Positions 16,423 through 25,343 of a stretch of 29,233 nt of DNA are shown one piece after another. The stretch spans positions 1-29,233 of IMG/VR virus record IMGVR_UViG_3300048598_000092, one strand, 5' to 3'. Position 1 is the first letter of the stretch. The number at the start of each line of letters is the position of its first letter. The notes below the pieces were generated by a model. It ran no database searches. It saw only the letters and a list, made by a program, of their open reading frames with translations, and was not told the DNA's origin. The position numbers and the translations under genes were made by a program. The stretch comes from a virus (taxonomy: Duplodnaviria; Caudoviricetes).

Positions 16423-18067
16423 TACGGCCTTGCGGCTCCTGCTGTTCGGTGAGGACAAGACGGCCTCGAAGGCGCTGAAGGGGGTTGGGAACACCGCCGG
16501 CGAGACCGAGGGAAAGCTGTCGAAGTTCGGTGGCGGCGCCTCCAAGGCGTTCGGCGCGCTGAAGGCTGGCATCGTCGGGCTGGTGACGTCCGAAGCCGTC
16601 GGCTGGGCGAAGGACGCCGTCGACAGCTACTCGGAACTGCAGGATGCCACCGCGGCCGCGGGAGTCGTCTTCGGCAAGTCGATGGACAAGATCATCACCC
16701 AGTCGAAGACCGCGTCGTCCACGATGGGCATGACACAGCAGCAGGTGATTGACGCCGCCAACACTTTTGGCACCTACGGCAAGTCGGCCGGTCTGACTGG
16801 GGACAAGCTGGCCGGCTTCTCGACGAAGATGACCCGTCTGTCCGCAGATATGGCCTCGTTCAAGGGCACCAGCCCGGAGGAGGCGATCGAGGCGGTCGGT
16901 TCGGCGCTGCGTGGCGAGACGGAGCCGATCCGGAAGTATGGCGTGCTGCTGGACGACGCGTCCATGCGGCAGCAGGCGATGAAGATGGGCCTGATCAAGA
17001 CCACCAAGGAGGCGCTGACCCCGCAGCAGAAGGTGCTCGCGGCGCAGGCGCTGATCCTGAAGCAGACCTCCGACGCCCAGGGCGACTTCGCACGCACCTC
17101 GGACTCTGCGGCGAATGTGGCGAAGACGGCGTCGGCGAAGTGGACCGACTTCCAGGCAACCCTCGGCGAGAAGATGCAGCCGGCGATGACGGCACTCACC
17201 CAGGCAGGTATCGACCTGCTGCAGTGGGTCGAGGACAACCCGAAAGTGATGGAGGGTGCCAGCGCGGCGTGGGATCTGTTCATGATGGGCCTGTCCGGCC
17301 TGTGGGACCTGATCCGCAAGGTGGTCCTGCCGGTGCTGGTCTTCCTCAACGAAAACGGCATCCGGCCGCTCGTGCAGGGCCTGGCCTACCTGATGGATGC
17401 GCTCGGCAATGTGCCCGGGTTCGAGTGGGCGAAGGACGCCGCGACCAAGCTGAAGCAGGTGGACGAGACCATAGGCGGCATCGACGAAGGGCTCACCGCG
17501 CTCGGCAACGACGATCCGCCCGAGATCGACGTCGACACGAAGAAGGCCGACACCAAGGTGAAGCAAATCGACGCCAAGATCGCCAGCCTGAAGAAGCAGA
17601 AGGTCAAGCTGCAGGCCGATGGGGACACGGCCGGGGTGAAGAAGATGGAGGACCGGATCAACAAGCTGCGGAAGCAGAAGCATCAGGTGAAGGTCGGGGT
17701 CGGGTTCGTCCGGGACGGCAAGCAGACCGTGCGGATCTCGCGCGGTGTGGGTGGCGGCACGATGCGGATCGCCATGAACGCCTCTGGTACCCGGTACTTC
17801 CCGGGCGGGTTGACCTGGGTGGGCGAGTCGGGCCCGGAGCTGCTGGCCCTGCCGACGGGATCGGGGATCCTCTCCAACGGCCAGTCGCGTGCCAGGCAGG
17901 CACAGATGGACACGGCACCGGGCGGGGCCGGTCCGGGCGTCACCAACTACATCAGCGTGCAGGGCGACACGAACCCGAACGCGGCCGCCCGCCGGCTCCA
18001 CAAAGCACTCGGCCGGACGACGGTCGCGTACGGGCCCGGCTGGAGGCCGGTGAAGGGCAGGGGGTGA
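16406..18067 (+). CDS. Tape measure protein
   Basis: Helical Ala/Lys-rich; SALRGETEPIRKYGV, QGDFARTSD, C-terminal WVGESGPEL; follows the chaperone pair. Confidence 0.92.
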   Translation: MVGTTDTALRLLLFGEDKTASKALKGVGNTAGETEGKLSKFGGGASKAFGALKAGIVGLVTSEAVGWAKDAVDSYSELQDATAAAGVVFGKSMDKIITQSKTASSTMGMTQQQVIDAANTFGTYGKSAGLTGDKLAGFSTKMTRLSADMASFKGTSPEEAIEAVGSALRGETEPIRKYGVLLDDASMRQQAMKMGLIKTTKEALTPQQKVLAAQALILKQTSDAQGDFARTSDSAANVAKTASAKWTDFQATLGEKMQPAMTALTQAGIDLLQWVEDNPKVMEGASAAWDLFMMGLSGLWDLIRKVVLPVLVFLNENGIRPLVQGLAYLMDALGNVPGFEWAKDAATKLKQVDETIGGIDEGLTALGNDDPPEIDVDTKKADTKVKQIDAKIASLKKQKVKLQADGDTAGVKKMEDRINKLRKQKHQVKVGVGFVRDGKQTVRISRGVGGGTMRIAMNASGTRYFPGGLTWVGESGPELLALPTGSGILSNGQSRARQAQMDTAPGGAGPGVTNYISVQGDTNPNAAARRLHKALGRTTVAYGPGWRPVKGRG

Positions 18068-18071
18068 CGCC

Positions 18072-20834
18072 GTGGCCACGCTCCCGCAGATCCGTCTCGA
18101 GCAGCTGCTGGGCGGGGTGTGGGTCGACATGGCCGGCACGCCTGCCCGGCTCGACGGCGAGACCCCACGGTCGCGTGTCCTGTGGTCGGACTCGGGCGGC
18201 TCGGTGCAGGTGGTGCGCGGCATCGGCGAGGACGGCGGTGTCGCCTCGGGGACTCTCGACTGTGTCCTGGAGAACAACGATGGCGCGCTGACCCCGAAGA
18301 ACCCGGCGGGCCCGTTCTGGCCGAACCTGTCCCGCTTCCGGCGGGTGCGGATGTCGCACCTGGTCGGCGGGGTGTGGCGGCCGCAGTTCACCGGCTTCGT
18401 GACGGCGGAGCCGGTCAGCTGGGGTAACGAGGTCGCGACCGACTGCCGGGTGGCTGTGTCTGCGACCGACCTGGTCGGCATGATGTATGCGCCGCTGCGG
18501 TCGGTGGCGGTCGAGGCGACCTGTGACTACGGCCCTCTGGCCTACTGGCCGTTGACCGACCCGGAGGCTGCGCAGGCGGCGGACCAGTCGGGCAACGGCC
18601 GTCCGGGCCTGGCGGTGCAGCACTACGGCGCGGATGGTGGCGAGATCTCGTGGGCCGGCGGGCTGGTGCTGCCGACCGATTCGGCGGGTGGGCTGCTGCT
18701 CACCCCGGACGGGGAGAAGGGTTGGTATCTGCGGTCCGGATCCGGGGTCGACCTGCCGGCGTCCTGGTCGCTGTCGGTGGTGGTGTCGCCGGCGGCGAAG
18801 GACGGCTACGTCTGCCAGGTCGGCACCGACTCGTACAGCATCGGCGTCTGGTATGACACGTCGACGAAGAAGCTGAGCGCGATCGAGACACTGCTGGATT
18901 CGGGCGGTGACCCGGTCGACTATGTGCTGTCGACCACGACCGGCACATGGGCGGCGGGCGGGGTGGAGACCCTGACGGTCACCGCGACCACGGTCAAGCT
19001 GGGATCGTCCGGGACGACCGGTAGCCGGCATTCGACGCACACCATGCTCGGATGTCTGGTGTCGGCTGGTGGTGCGCTGGCCGTCGAGTCGGGCAGGGCC
19101 CGGTTGTTCTCGGGCGAGCTGAAGCATCTCGCGCTGTGGCCGGGTGGTGTGCCGGCCGGGGCGGCCTCCGACGTGCTGTCCGGGCCTGCCGACATGCTGA
19201 TGCTGTCGACCGCTGCCGCCCGGATCGTCGCATGGTCGAAGGTGCCGCCGATGGTGTGGCGGACGAACCATTTCGTCAACCCGACCGCGGTGTCGACGCT
19301 GGGCTTCTTCACCGAAATGTCCGGTGGCGGTGCGATGGCCGGCAGCCTGATCAGCACCTTCCCGGCAGCGATCACCACAGCTTTCCGGGCGACGTGCACG
19401 GTGGCCCCGGCGGCCGGGACGCTCGCGGGTATCAGGGTGGGCGGGCTGGGTGCACTGATGGTGCCCGGCGGCACCACCTACACCGGTGCGGTGCGGGTCG
19501 CGTCCAGCGTGACCGCCCAGTATGTGCTGCGGGTGGCCTTCCGGAACTCGGCCGGGTCGACGATCGGCTTCACCGACGCGGCACCGGTGACGGTGACTGC
19601 AGGCGTGGTCCGTGCCCTGGTCGTGACCGGCGATGCGCCGGTGGGGACAGCGCAGGCGCTGATGACCGTGTACCGGCTGGAGACGTCGACGGCGTGGGCG
19701 GCCGGCCAGACCCTGGACGTGTCGATTGTGGCTTTCGAGTCGGGCACCGAGCTCGGCTTGTGGTTCTACGGCGACTACAACCCGTCCCCCGCCGACTATA
19801 CGGTGGGCTGGGAGGGCACCCAGTACGCCTCGGCCTCGACCCTCACCGTGAAGCCGGTGCGGCTGTCCGGCACAGATGTGCCGATACAGCTGGTCAAGAC
19901 CGAGGGCATGTCGGGCGCCGATCTGCTCAGCCAGCTGGCGCAGGGCACGATGGCCCGCATCCATGCTGGAGCGGCCGGCGGGATCAGGGTCGTGTCGTGG
20001 GACTACGCGGCCGGGTCGGTGGTGGCACCTTCGGGTGACATCGATCCGGAGGTCGAATGGGTCGCCGATGACGCCGAGGTGTCCGGGGTGACGGTCACCT
20101 GGCCGGACGGCACCACCTACACGGTCGGGGACGGATCGACCGCTGTCGCCGGGGTCCTGTCGCAGCAGCAGGGCCGGTCGGTCGCGGACTGGATGCTGGC
20201 CTCCGCAACCGATATCCCGCGCTTCCCTGCGGCGGTGTTCGATCTGCTGGTGATGTCCGATGTGGAGGCTGCCGCCCTGGACGCGGCCGACGTCGGCACG
20301 ATCCTGTCGATTCCTGGCCTGCCGGGCCAGCTGCCGTCGACCACCCAGACCGGCGTGGTGGAGGCGGTCACGGAGACGTGGGGTGCTGAGGAGTGGTCGC
20401 TGCAGTTGACGACCACCCCTGACGATCGGGCCCGGCTGTTCGTGCCAGGCGATGCCACTGCCGGGGTGGTGGGGGCTGGCTTCCTGGCCGGCCCGGCCGG
20501 GCCGGATGTGGGCGGCACCGGCGCGCTGTGGCGGGCTGGTGACCCGGTGACGGCAGCGAAACTCAACAGCTCGGCGGCCCCCGGAGGCGTCCTGCAGACG
20601 GGCACGGTGACGATCACCCCGTCGTCGGCGAACACGCCGACATCGCTCGCGGTGACGTTTCCGACAGCGTTCGTTTCTGCCCCGTCGGCGGTGGTGCTGA
20701 CACCGGTCGATGACAAGGTCGGCGGCCAGGTGACCGGATGGTCTGCCACCTCGATCACCGCGACCGGCTTCCTGGCGTGGGTATGCCGGACCAACACCAC
20801 GGCGACGGTCCTGCAATGGGTCGCAGTCCAGTGA
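18072..20834 (+). CDS. Large minor tail/tail-tip protein (LamG-like and carbohydrate-binding-like modules, C-terminal lectin-like domain)
   Basis: Directly after the tape measure; LENNDGALTP.NP.GP, PLAYWPL.D...FSGELKHLALW; C-terminal QTGTVTI...VTFPTAF...P...GF...WVAV. Confidence 0.82.
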   Translation: MATLPQIRLEQLLGGVWVDMAGTPARLDGETPRSRVLWSDSGGSVQVVRGIGEDGGVASGTLDCVLENNDGALTPKNPAGPFWPNLSRFRRVRMSHLVGGVWRPQFTGFVTAEPVSWGNEVATDCRVAVSATDLVGMMYAPLRSVAVEATCDYGPLAYWPLTDPEAAQAADQSGNGRPGLAVQHYGADGGEISWAGGLVLPTDSAGGLLLTPDGEKGWYLRSGSGVDLPASWSLSVVVSPAAKDGYVCQVGTDSYSIGVWYDTSTKKLSAIETLLDSGGDPVDYVLSTTTGTWAAGGVETLTVTATTVKLGSSGTTGSRHSTHTMLGCLVSAGGALAVESGRARLFSGELKHLALWPGGVPAGAASDVLSGPADMLMLSTAAARIVAWSKVPPMVWRTNHFVNPTAVSTLGFFTEMSGGGAMAGSLISTFPAAITTAFRATCTVAPAAGTLAGIRVGGLGALMVPGGTTYTGAVRVASSVTAQYVLRVAFRNSAGSTIGFTDAAPVTVTAGVVRALVVTGDAPVGTAQALMTVYRLETSTAWAAGQTLDVSIVAFESGTELGLWFYGDYNPSPADYTVGWEGTQYASASTLTVKPVRLSGTDVPIQLVKTEGMSGADLLSQLAQGTMARIHAGAAGGIRVVSWDYAAGSVVAPSGDIDPEVEWVADDAEVSGVTVTWPDGTTYTVGDGSTAVAGVLSQQQGRSVADWMLASATDIPRFPAAVFDLLVMSDVEAAALDAADVGTILSIPGLPGQLPSTTQTGVVEAVTETWGAEEWSLQLTTTPDDRARLFVPGDATAGVVGAGFLAGPAGPDVGGTGALWRAGDPVTAAKLNSSAAPGGVLQTGTVTITPSSANTPTSLAVTFPTAFVSAPSAVVLTPVDDKVGGQVTGWSATSITATGFLAWVCRTNTTATVLQWVAVQ

Positions 20835-20848
20835 GGGGGTGAGCTGGG

Positions 20849-21472
20849 GTGGCGTACACGTTCACCGACAGCGCGGTGGCGACCGCCGCCCAGCTCAACA
20901 CCCTGTTGCCCCCGCAGGTCGCACAGTCCGGGGTGGTGCGGATCACCCCGGTGGCGAACACCCCGACATCGGTCAGGGTGAACTTCGCCTCGCCCTTCCC
21001 GACGCCCCCGAAGGTCTTCACCACGCCGGTGAGCTTGTATCCAGGGTCGGCGGTCAAGGGCACAGCGGTCACGGATGTCACCACGACCGGCTTCACCCTG
21101 TGGATCTACCGGACGACCACGGCGACGACGTCGGTGTGCTGGCATGCCTGGGGGCAGATGTCGGCAGCGTTTGTCGACGGCTCGCCGGCGCCGGCGTCGC
21201 TGCTGAATGCGGGGGTGGGGCAGCCGACGGTCAAGGCCGGGAGAGTGTCGATCACCCCGACGGCCGGGACGGCCACCTCGGCGACCGTGACCTTCGGGAC
21301 GGCCTTCGCCGAGGTGCCGACGGTGGTGCTTATCCCGTCCTCGATCGTGGTCGGGACGACGGTCGACGGCTGGTCGGTGACCGACATGTCGCCGACCAGC
21401 TTCAAGGCGTGGATCCGCAGGTCGACGTCGGCGGCTACGCCGATGCTGTGGATCGCACTGGGGAGGGCGTGA
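20849..21472 (+). CDS. Minor tail protein with two tandem H-type-lectin-like domains
   Basis: Internal duplication, similar to the C-terminus of the preceding protein. Confidence 0.72.
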   Translation: MAYTFTDSAVATAAQLNTLLPPQVAQSGVVRITPVANTPTSVRVNFASPFPTPPKVFTTPVSLYPGSAVKGTAVTDVTTTGFTLWIYRTTTATTSVCWHAWGQMSAAFVDGSPAPASLLNAGVGQPTVKAGRVSITPTAGTATSATVTFGTAFAEVPTVVLIPSSIVVGTTVDGWSVTDMSPTSFKAWIRRSTSAATPMLWIALGRA

Positions 21473-21473
21473 G

Positions 21474-21833
21474 ATGCCGCGCGACTGGCTGAATCAGGTG
21501 ACCTGGACCGACGTCGTCGCTGCGCTTGCGGCCTTGCTGCTGATTGGTGGTGTCGTGCTCGCTGGCTGGAAGTTCGTCCATCCGATGATGGTGAAGATCA
21601 CGCGGGTGCTGGACCTGTTCCTGGGTCGTCCTGCCGAGCGGGGCATTCCGGCTGTGCCGGGGGTGATCGAGAGGCTGGACGCGCAGGACGACCGGCTGGA
21701 GAAGATCGAGAAGCAGGTGACCCCGAACCACGGCTCTACCTCGAAGCTCGCCGAGGACGTGCAAGGGCTCAGGGCTGCCCTTGACGCGCTGATCGTGCGG
21801 TTCGAGGAGCACCTGAAGCCGCACGACACGTAG
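21474..21833 (+). CDS. Single-pass membrane protein of the lysis region
   Basis: Hydrophobic VVAALAALLLIGGVVLAGW followed by a coiled coil with PNHGS. Confidence 0.7.
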   Translation: MPRDWLNQVTWTDVVAALAALLLIGGVVLAGWKFVHPMMVKITRVLDLFLGRPAERGIPAVPGVIERLDAQDDRLEKIEKQVTPNHGSTSKLAEDVQGLRAALDALIVRFEEHLKPHDT

Positions 21834-21879
21834 TCGCGCCAACCGCAACCCGGAACCCTCCAGAGAGGGGTGCTTTGCC

Positions 21880-23127
21880 ATGCCCGCTTCCACCAGCACG
21901 TCCCGGACCGCCGTCGTCGACGCGGCCGGGCACCGCCTCCGCGGAGACGCCGCAGCCTCCTACCAGCGGATGCTGGCCGACGGAATGCCTGCCGGCGGAG
22001 TCGACGTATTCACCCGGACCATGGCCGAGCAGCAAACGCTGTACGACCGATACCGCGCAGGAAAGGGCCCGATCGCGGCACGGCCCTCAGCGACCGCGCC
22101 GCACGTCGACGGCCGGGCGATGGACCTGCACACCACCACCGCAGGCAAGTACGCGCCGTCGGCAGCGCACGCGTGGCTCACCACCGGTGGGGACGGATCC
22201 AGCAAGCCCAAGGCCGGGGAGAAGCTACGCGCCCACACCTACGGCTGGCGGCGCACCGTCCCCTCGGAGCGCTGGCACTTCGAGTACGACCGCGCCAAGG
22301 ACACCCGCCGGGCCGCCGATCTGGCCGCCCGGCTGAAGACGCTCGGCTACCCGACGGTGGCCGCCTTCCAGGCAGCCCACCGGCTCACCCCGGACGGAGT
22401 CGACGGTCCCATCACCTGGGCAGCCCTACTCACGGACCCGAGCCCGAGCAAGGAGGAGCCCGTGACCGGACGAATCTTCCAGGCCGCGCAGCTCAACGTG
22501 CAGGCCAAGAGGTGGGGCGGCGGCATCTACGCCAAGGACGCGGTGTTCATCCGGGACACGCTGCGCCCGTCGATCATGATGACCCAGGAAACCGACGAGA
22601 TCGCCCGGGACGCGATCCGCGCCAAGACCGGCTTCAAGGTCTACCCCCATCTGTATCTCGGCCTCTTCTGGGTGCCGGAGGACTGGGACCACGGCGACCG
22701 GATGACGCTGTCGCTGGGCACCGCCTACCACGGTGCCGTCGCCGCTCCGCTGACGGACCGGGCGGGAGGCGGCTCACTGGTCGCCTGCTCGGCCCACATC
22801 CGACCCAACGACGCCCTGCCTGGGTCGGCTGCGAAAAGGCTGACCGCGAAGCAGGCCGACATCGGCAAGGTCATCCGCATGCTCGCCAAGTACCCGCGGG
22901 TGCTGGTCGCCGGGGACTGGAACACCTCGACGGTGTACGGGCTGATGCAGGCTGCCGGCTACCAGCTCGCAACACCGAAAGCGGCCACCACCGATGCCGG
23001 CGACAAGCTCGACGGCATCTTCGTCCGCGGCCTGACCGTCCGGGACGGCCGGATCATCCCGACCAGCGTCAGCGACCATCACGGGCTGGTCGCCGCGCTG
23101 ACCCTTCCCGCCATCATCACCAACTGA
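21880..23127 (+). CDS. Endolysin: M15 Zn-peptidase + peptidoglycan-binding domain + C-terminal EEP (endonuclease/exonuclease/phosphatase) domain
   Basis: M15: RTMAEQQ.LY, PHVDGRAMD, ERWHFEY. PG-binding: AFQAAHRLTPDGVDGPITW. EEP: QLNV, TQE, SAH, AGDWN, LDGIF, SDH. Confidence 0.88.
   Translation: MPASTSTSRTAVVDAAGHRLRGDAAASYQRMLADGMPAGGVDVFTRTMAEQQTLYDRYRAGKGPIAARPSATAPHVDGRAMDLHTTTAGKYAPSAAHAWLTTGGDGSSKPKAGEKLRAHTYGWRRTVPSERWHFEYDRAKDTRRAADLAARLKTLGYPTVAAFQAAHRLTPDGVDGPITWAALLTDPSPSKEEPVTGRIFQAAQLNVQAKRWGGGIYAKDAVFIRDTLRPSIMMTQETDEIARDAIRAKTGFKVYPHLYLGLFWVPEDWDHGDRMTLSLGTAYHGAVAAPLTDRAGGGSLVACSAHIRPNDALPGSAAKRLTAKQADIGKVIRMLAKYPRVLVAGDWNTSTVYGLMQAAGYQLATPKAATTDAGDKLDGIFVRGLTVRDGRIIPTSVSDHHGLVAALTLPAIITN
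22450..22464 (+). promoter_or_regulatory. Internal RBS and in-frame GTG within the endolysin
   Basis: AAGGAGGAG-CCC-GTG, with GTG at 22462 in frame at the PG-binding/EEP boundary. Confidence 0.65.
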
Positions 23128-23136
23128 GGAGGACCC

Positions 23137-23382
23137 ATGTGGACCGCCAGCTTCTGGAAGGCGCTCGCCGAGCGAGCCGTCAAGACCGCCGCACAGACCG
23201 CCGCGGCAACCATCGTCGCCTCCGGCGTCGCTACCGCCTGGGCGATCGACTGGCCGTTCGTGGCCGGCGCCACCGCCCTCGCCACCCTGCTGTCGGTGCT
23301 GACAAGCATCGGGTCGGCGGCCGCCACAGACGGCTCACCATCGCTGACCACCGAGGTCCTTACTGAGGATGACGCCGCCTAG
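23137..23382 (+). CDS. Holin, r1t-like family
   Basis: FWKALAERAVKTAAQT...IDW...LLSVLTSIGS signature; RBS GAGGAGG; follows the endolysin. Confidence 0.9.
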   Translation: MWTASFWKALAERAVKTAAQTAAATIVASGVATAWAIDWPFVAGATALATLLSVLTSIGSAAATDGSPSLTTEVLTEDDAA

Positions 23383-23519
23383 CTGCGGCGCCCGGTTGCT
23401 CAATCGACGACCCGGCCGGGCAGGTGACCATCGCCTGCTCGGCTCTGCCCGGCCACAACGGCACCCACACCTGCTACTACAGCGACCGGCTCCACCAGTG
23501 GGCCGGGCAACCCACCTGA
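23369..23519 (+). pseudogene. Probable frameshifted 49-aa Cys/His mini-gene
   Basis: Removing one A at 23402-23403 gives MTPPSCGARLLIDDPAGQVTIACSALPGHNGTHTCYYSDRLHQWAGQPT*. Confidence 0.4.
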
Positions 23520-23530
23520 AAGGCACACCC

Positions 23531-24166
23531 ATGGCTGTCACCGCCAAGCTGTACGGCACCCTGCTGCAGGCCCTGTGGGCCGCCGGCATCAACTACTCCA
23601 CCGACACGATCAAGGCGCTCATCTACCCGTCGACCTACACCCCCGACCAGGACGCCCACCAGTACCGCTCCAGCGTCACCGAGATCTCGACGATCGCAAC
23701 CACGCTCAGCTCGGCGGCCTCCGCAGGCGCCACCAGCGTGTCCGTCGCCGCCAGCATCGGCGTCGGGAACGCCATCACGATCGGCGGCAACGAGGTGCGG
23801 GTGGTCACCTCGGTCACCGGCTCGGGCCCGTACACGCTCAACTTCTCCGGCGCGCTGAACAATGGCTACGCGTCCGGCGCAGCGGTCCAGGCGAACGCCG
23901 GCTACACCGCCGGAGGCGCCACCCTGGCCTCCAAGAGCGGCGCCTACACGGCCGGCACCAACACGTACGCGATCGACGCGGCGGACCTGTCGTGGCCGTC
24001 GAGCTCCATCAACGGCCGCGGTGTCGTCCTGTACAAGTCGACCGGGTCCGCGGCGACCGATCAGCTGATCGGCTACATCGACGGCGGGGCGGACACGCTC
24101 TCCGTGAACGGCTCCTGGTCGGTTACGTTCGACGCGGCCGGGATCGCGACGATCACGGCGGCCTGA
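23531..24166 (+). CDS. Virion structural protein (fibre/appendage-associated, putative)
   Basis: RBS GAAAGG; DTIKAL, YTPDQD.H, GYTAGGATL, DAADLSW, LIGYID motifs of a common phage structural family. Confidence 0.75.
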   Translation: MAVTAKLYGTLLQALWAAGINYSTDTIKALIYPSTYTPDQDAHQYRSSVTEISTIATTLSSAASAGATSVSVAASIGVGNAITIGGNEVRVVTSVTGSGPYTLNFSGALNNGYASGAAVQANAGYTAGGATLASKSGAYTAGTNTYAIDAADLSWPSSSINGRGVVLYKSTGSAATDQLIGYIDGGADTLSVNGSWSVTFDAAGIATITAA

Positions 24167-24167
24167 C

Positions 24168-25331
24168 ATGGTTCCCGTCAGGCTGGCGGGCAGCCGCCGT
24201 GCCCGCGCCTGGCGGGAACGCGAATCCGCAGTCCTCGGGGTCGACCGGCCCAGTCTCGGCTGGGCCGGACTGCTGGACGTCGGGCTGCTCGACAGCGTCG
24301 CTGCCCAGACGACGACCTTCACTTCGGCCGACAACGGGCGCACGATCTATAACCGGGCCTACAACCAGCTCAAGTTCAACGGCTGCACCGGGATGCGGTT
24401 CGTCAACTGCATGGCGCAGGGCCTGTCCACCACCCCGTCCAGCGACGGTGAGGTGATCATCGCCACCAATGCCGCGAACTACGGCAACACGTGGCAGGAC
24501 GGCCTGATCCAGCCGCAGAACCCGTACTGGCTGTCCCGTGCCGTCAGGGGCCACGGGCTGACCTTCCTGCGCTCGGAGGCCCGCCACCTGACCGACGGCT
24601 ACGCGGTCATCAACTCTGCCGGCTACGCCGGCACGGTAGCCCAGAACGCGTGGTGGCGGCAGTCGTGGATGCACGACTACTGGCTGGCCAGCCCCGACCC
24701 GGGCGCTGCCGGCGGGGTCGCCGACAACATGTCCCACGTCGACATCGCCATGCAGGCATCCGGAGGGACTGATATGGGCGTCGTCGGATGCGAGATCTCC
24801 GGCACGCTAGGTGCAGGCTTGGAAGGCATCGGCACCCAGATCACCAGCTTCTCCGACCAGACCCCATTGCGGGTCGGGTCGGACGCCCACCGGATGAGCA
24901 GGGACGTCTGGGTTGGCGGCATACGTACCGAGCACCTTGACGGCAACAAGTACTTCAGTGACCGCGACGCGTCCGGAAACCTACTGCCCGCCGGTCAACT
25001 CTTGTTTCCCTACCCGCTGTACGCCCAGGCGACCTCTCTGATCATGCTCTCACCCTCGATTGGTGACATCTCCGACATCATCATCGACAGGAATTGGATG
25101 AATGGTGGCGCCGTCGGTATCAACCTGAACGACTACAGCTCAAGTGGCCAGCCGACAATCACCGGCCGGATCACCGACAACCAGGTGGGGCCACCGGACG
25201 GCTCCGGCCCGCCCGTCTTCCGGACCGCCCCGACCGCGTTCATTATCAATCAGGCTGCCGTCGCCGCGATGACCGTGATAGGGAACCGCCGCACAGACAC
25301 CGGCGCCTCCCTCGACTACGCCTACTACTGA
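24168..25331 (+). CDS. Putative beta-helix (pectate-lyase-like) receptor-binding/depolymerase protein
   Basis: Repeating beta-strand pattern (GMRFVNC, SWMHD, SHVD..MQ, DIIIDRNWMNGG, ITDNQVG). Confidence 0.6.
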   Translation: MVPVRLAGSRRARAWRERESAVLGVDRPSLGWAGLLDVGLLDSVAAQTTTFTSADNGRTIYNRAYNQLKFNGCTGMRFVNCMAQGLSTTPSSDGEVIIATNAANYGNTWQDGLIQPQNPYWLSRAVRGHGLTFLRSEARHLTDGYAVINSAGYAGTVAQNAWWRQSWMHDYWLASPDPGAAGGVADNMSHVDIAMQASGGTDMGVVGCEISGTLGAGLEGIGTQITSFSDQTPLRVGSDAHRMSRDVWVGGIRTEHLDGNKYFSDRDASGNLLPAGQLLFPYPLYAQATSLIMLSPSIGDISDIIIDRNWMNGGAVGINLNDYSSSGQPTITGRITDNQVGPPDGSGPPVFRTAPTAFIINQAAVAAMTVIGNRRTDTGASLDYAYY

Positions 25332-25343
25332 TCGGAGGAGGCG

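Noticed and set aside
23369-23530. N-terminal extension of the 23531 protein as given in the ORF track
   Set aside because: The extension reads as off-frame sequence; a good RBS (GAAAGG) precedes ATG 23531.
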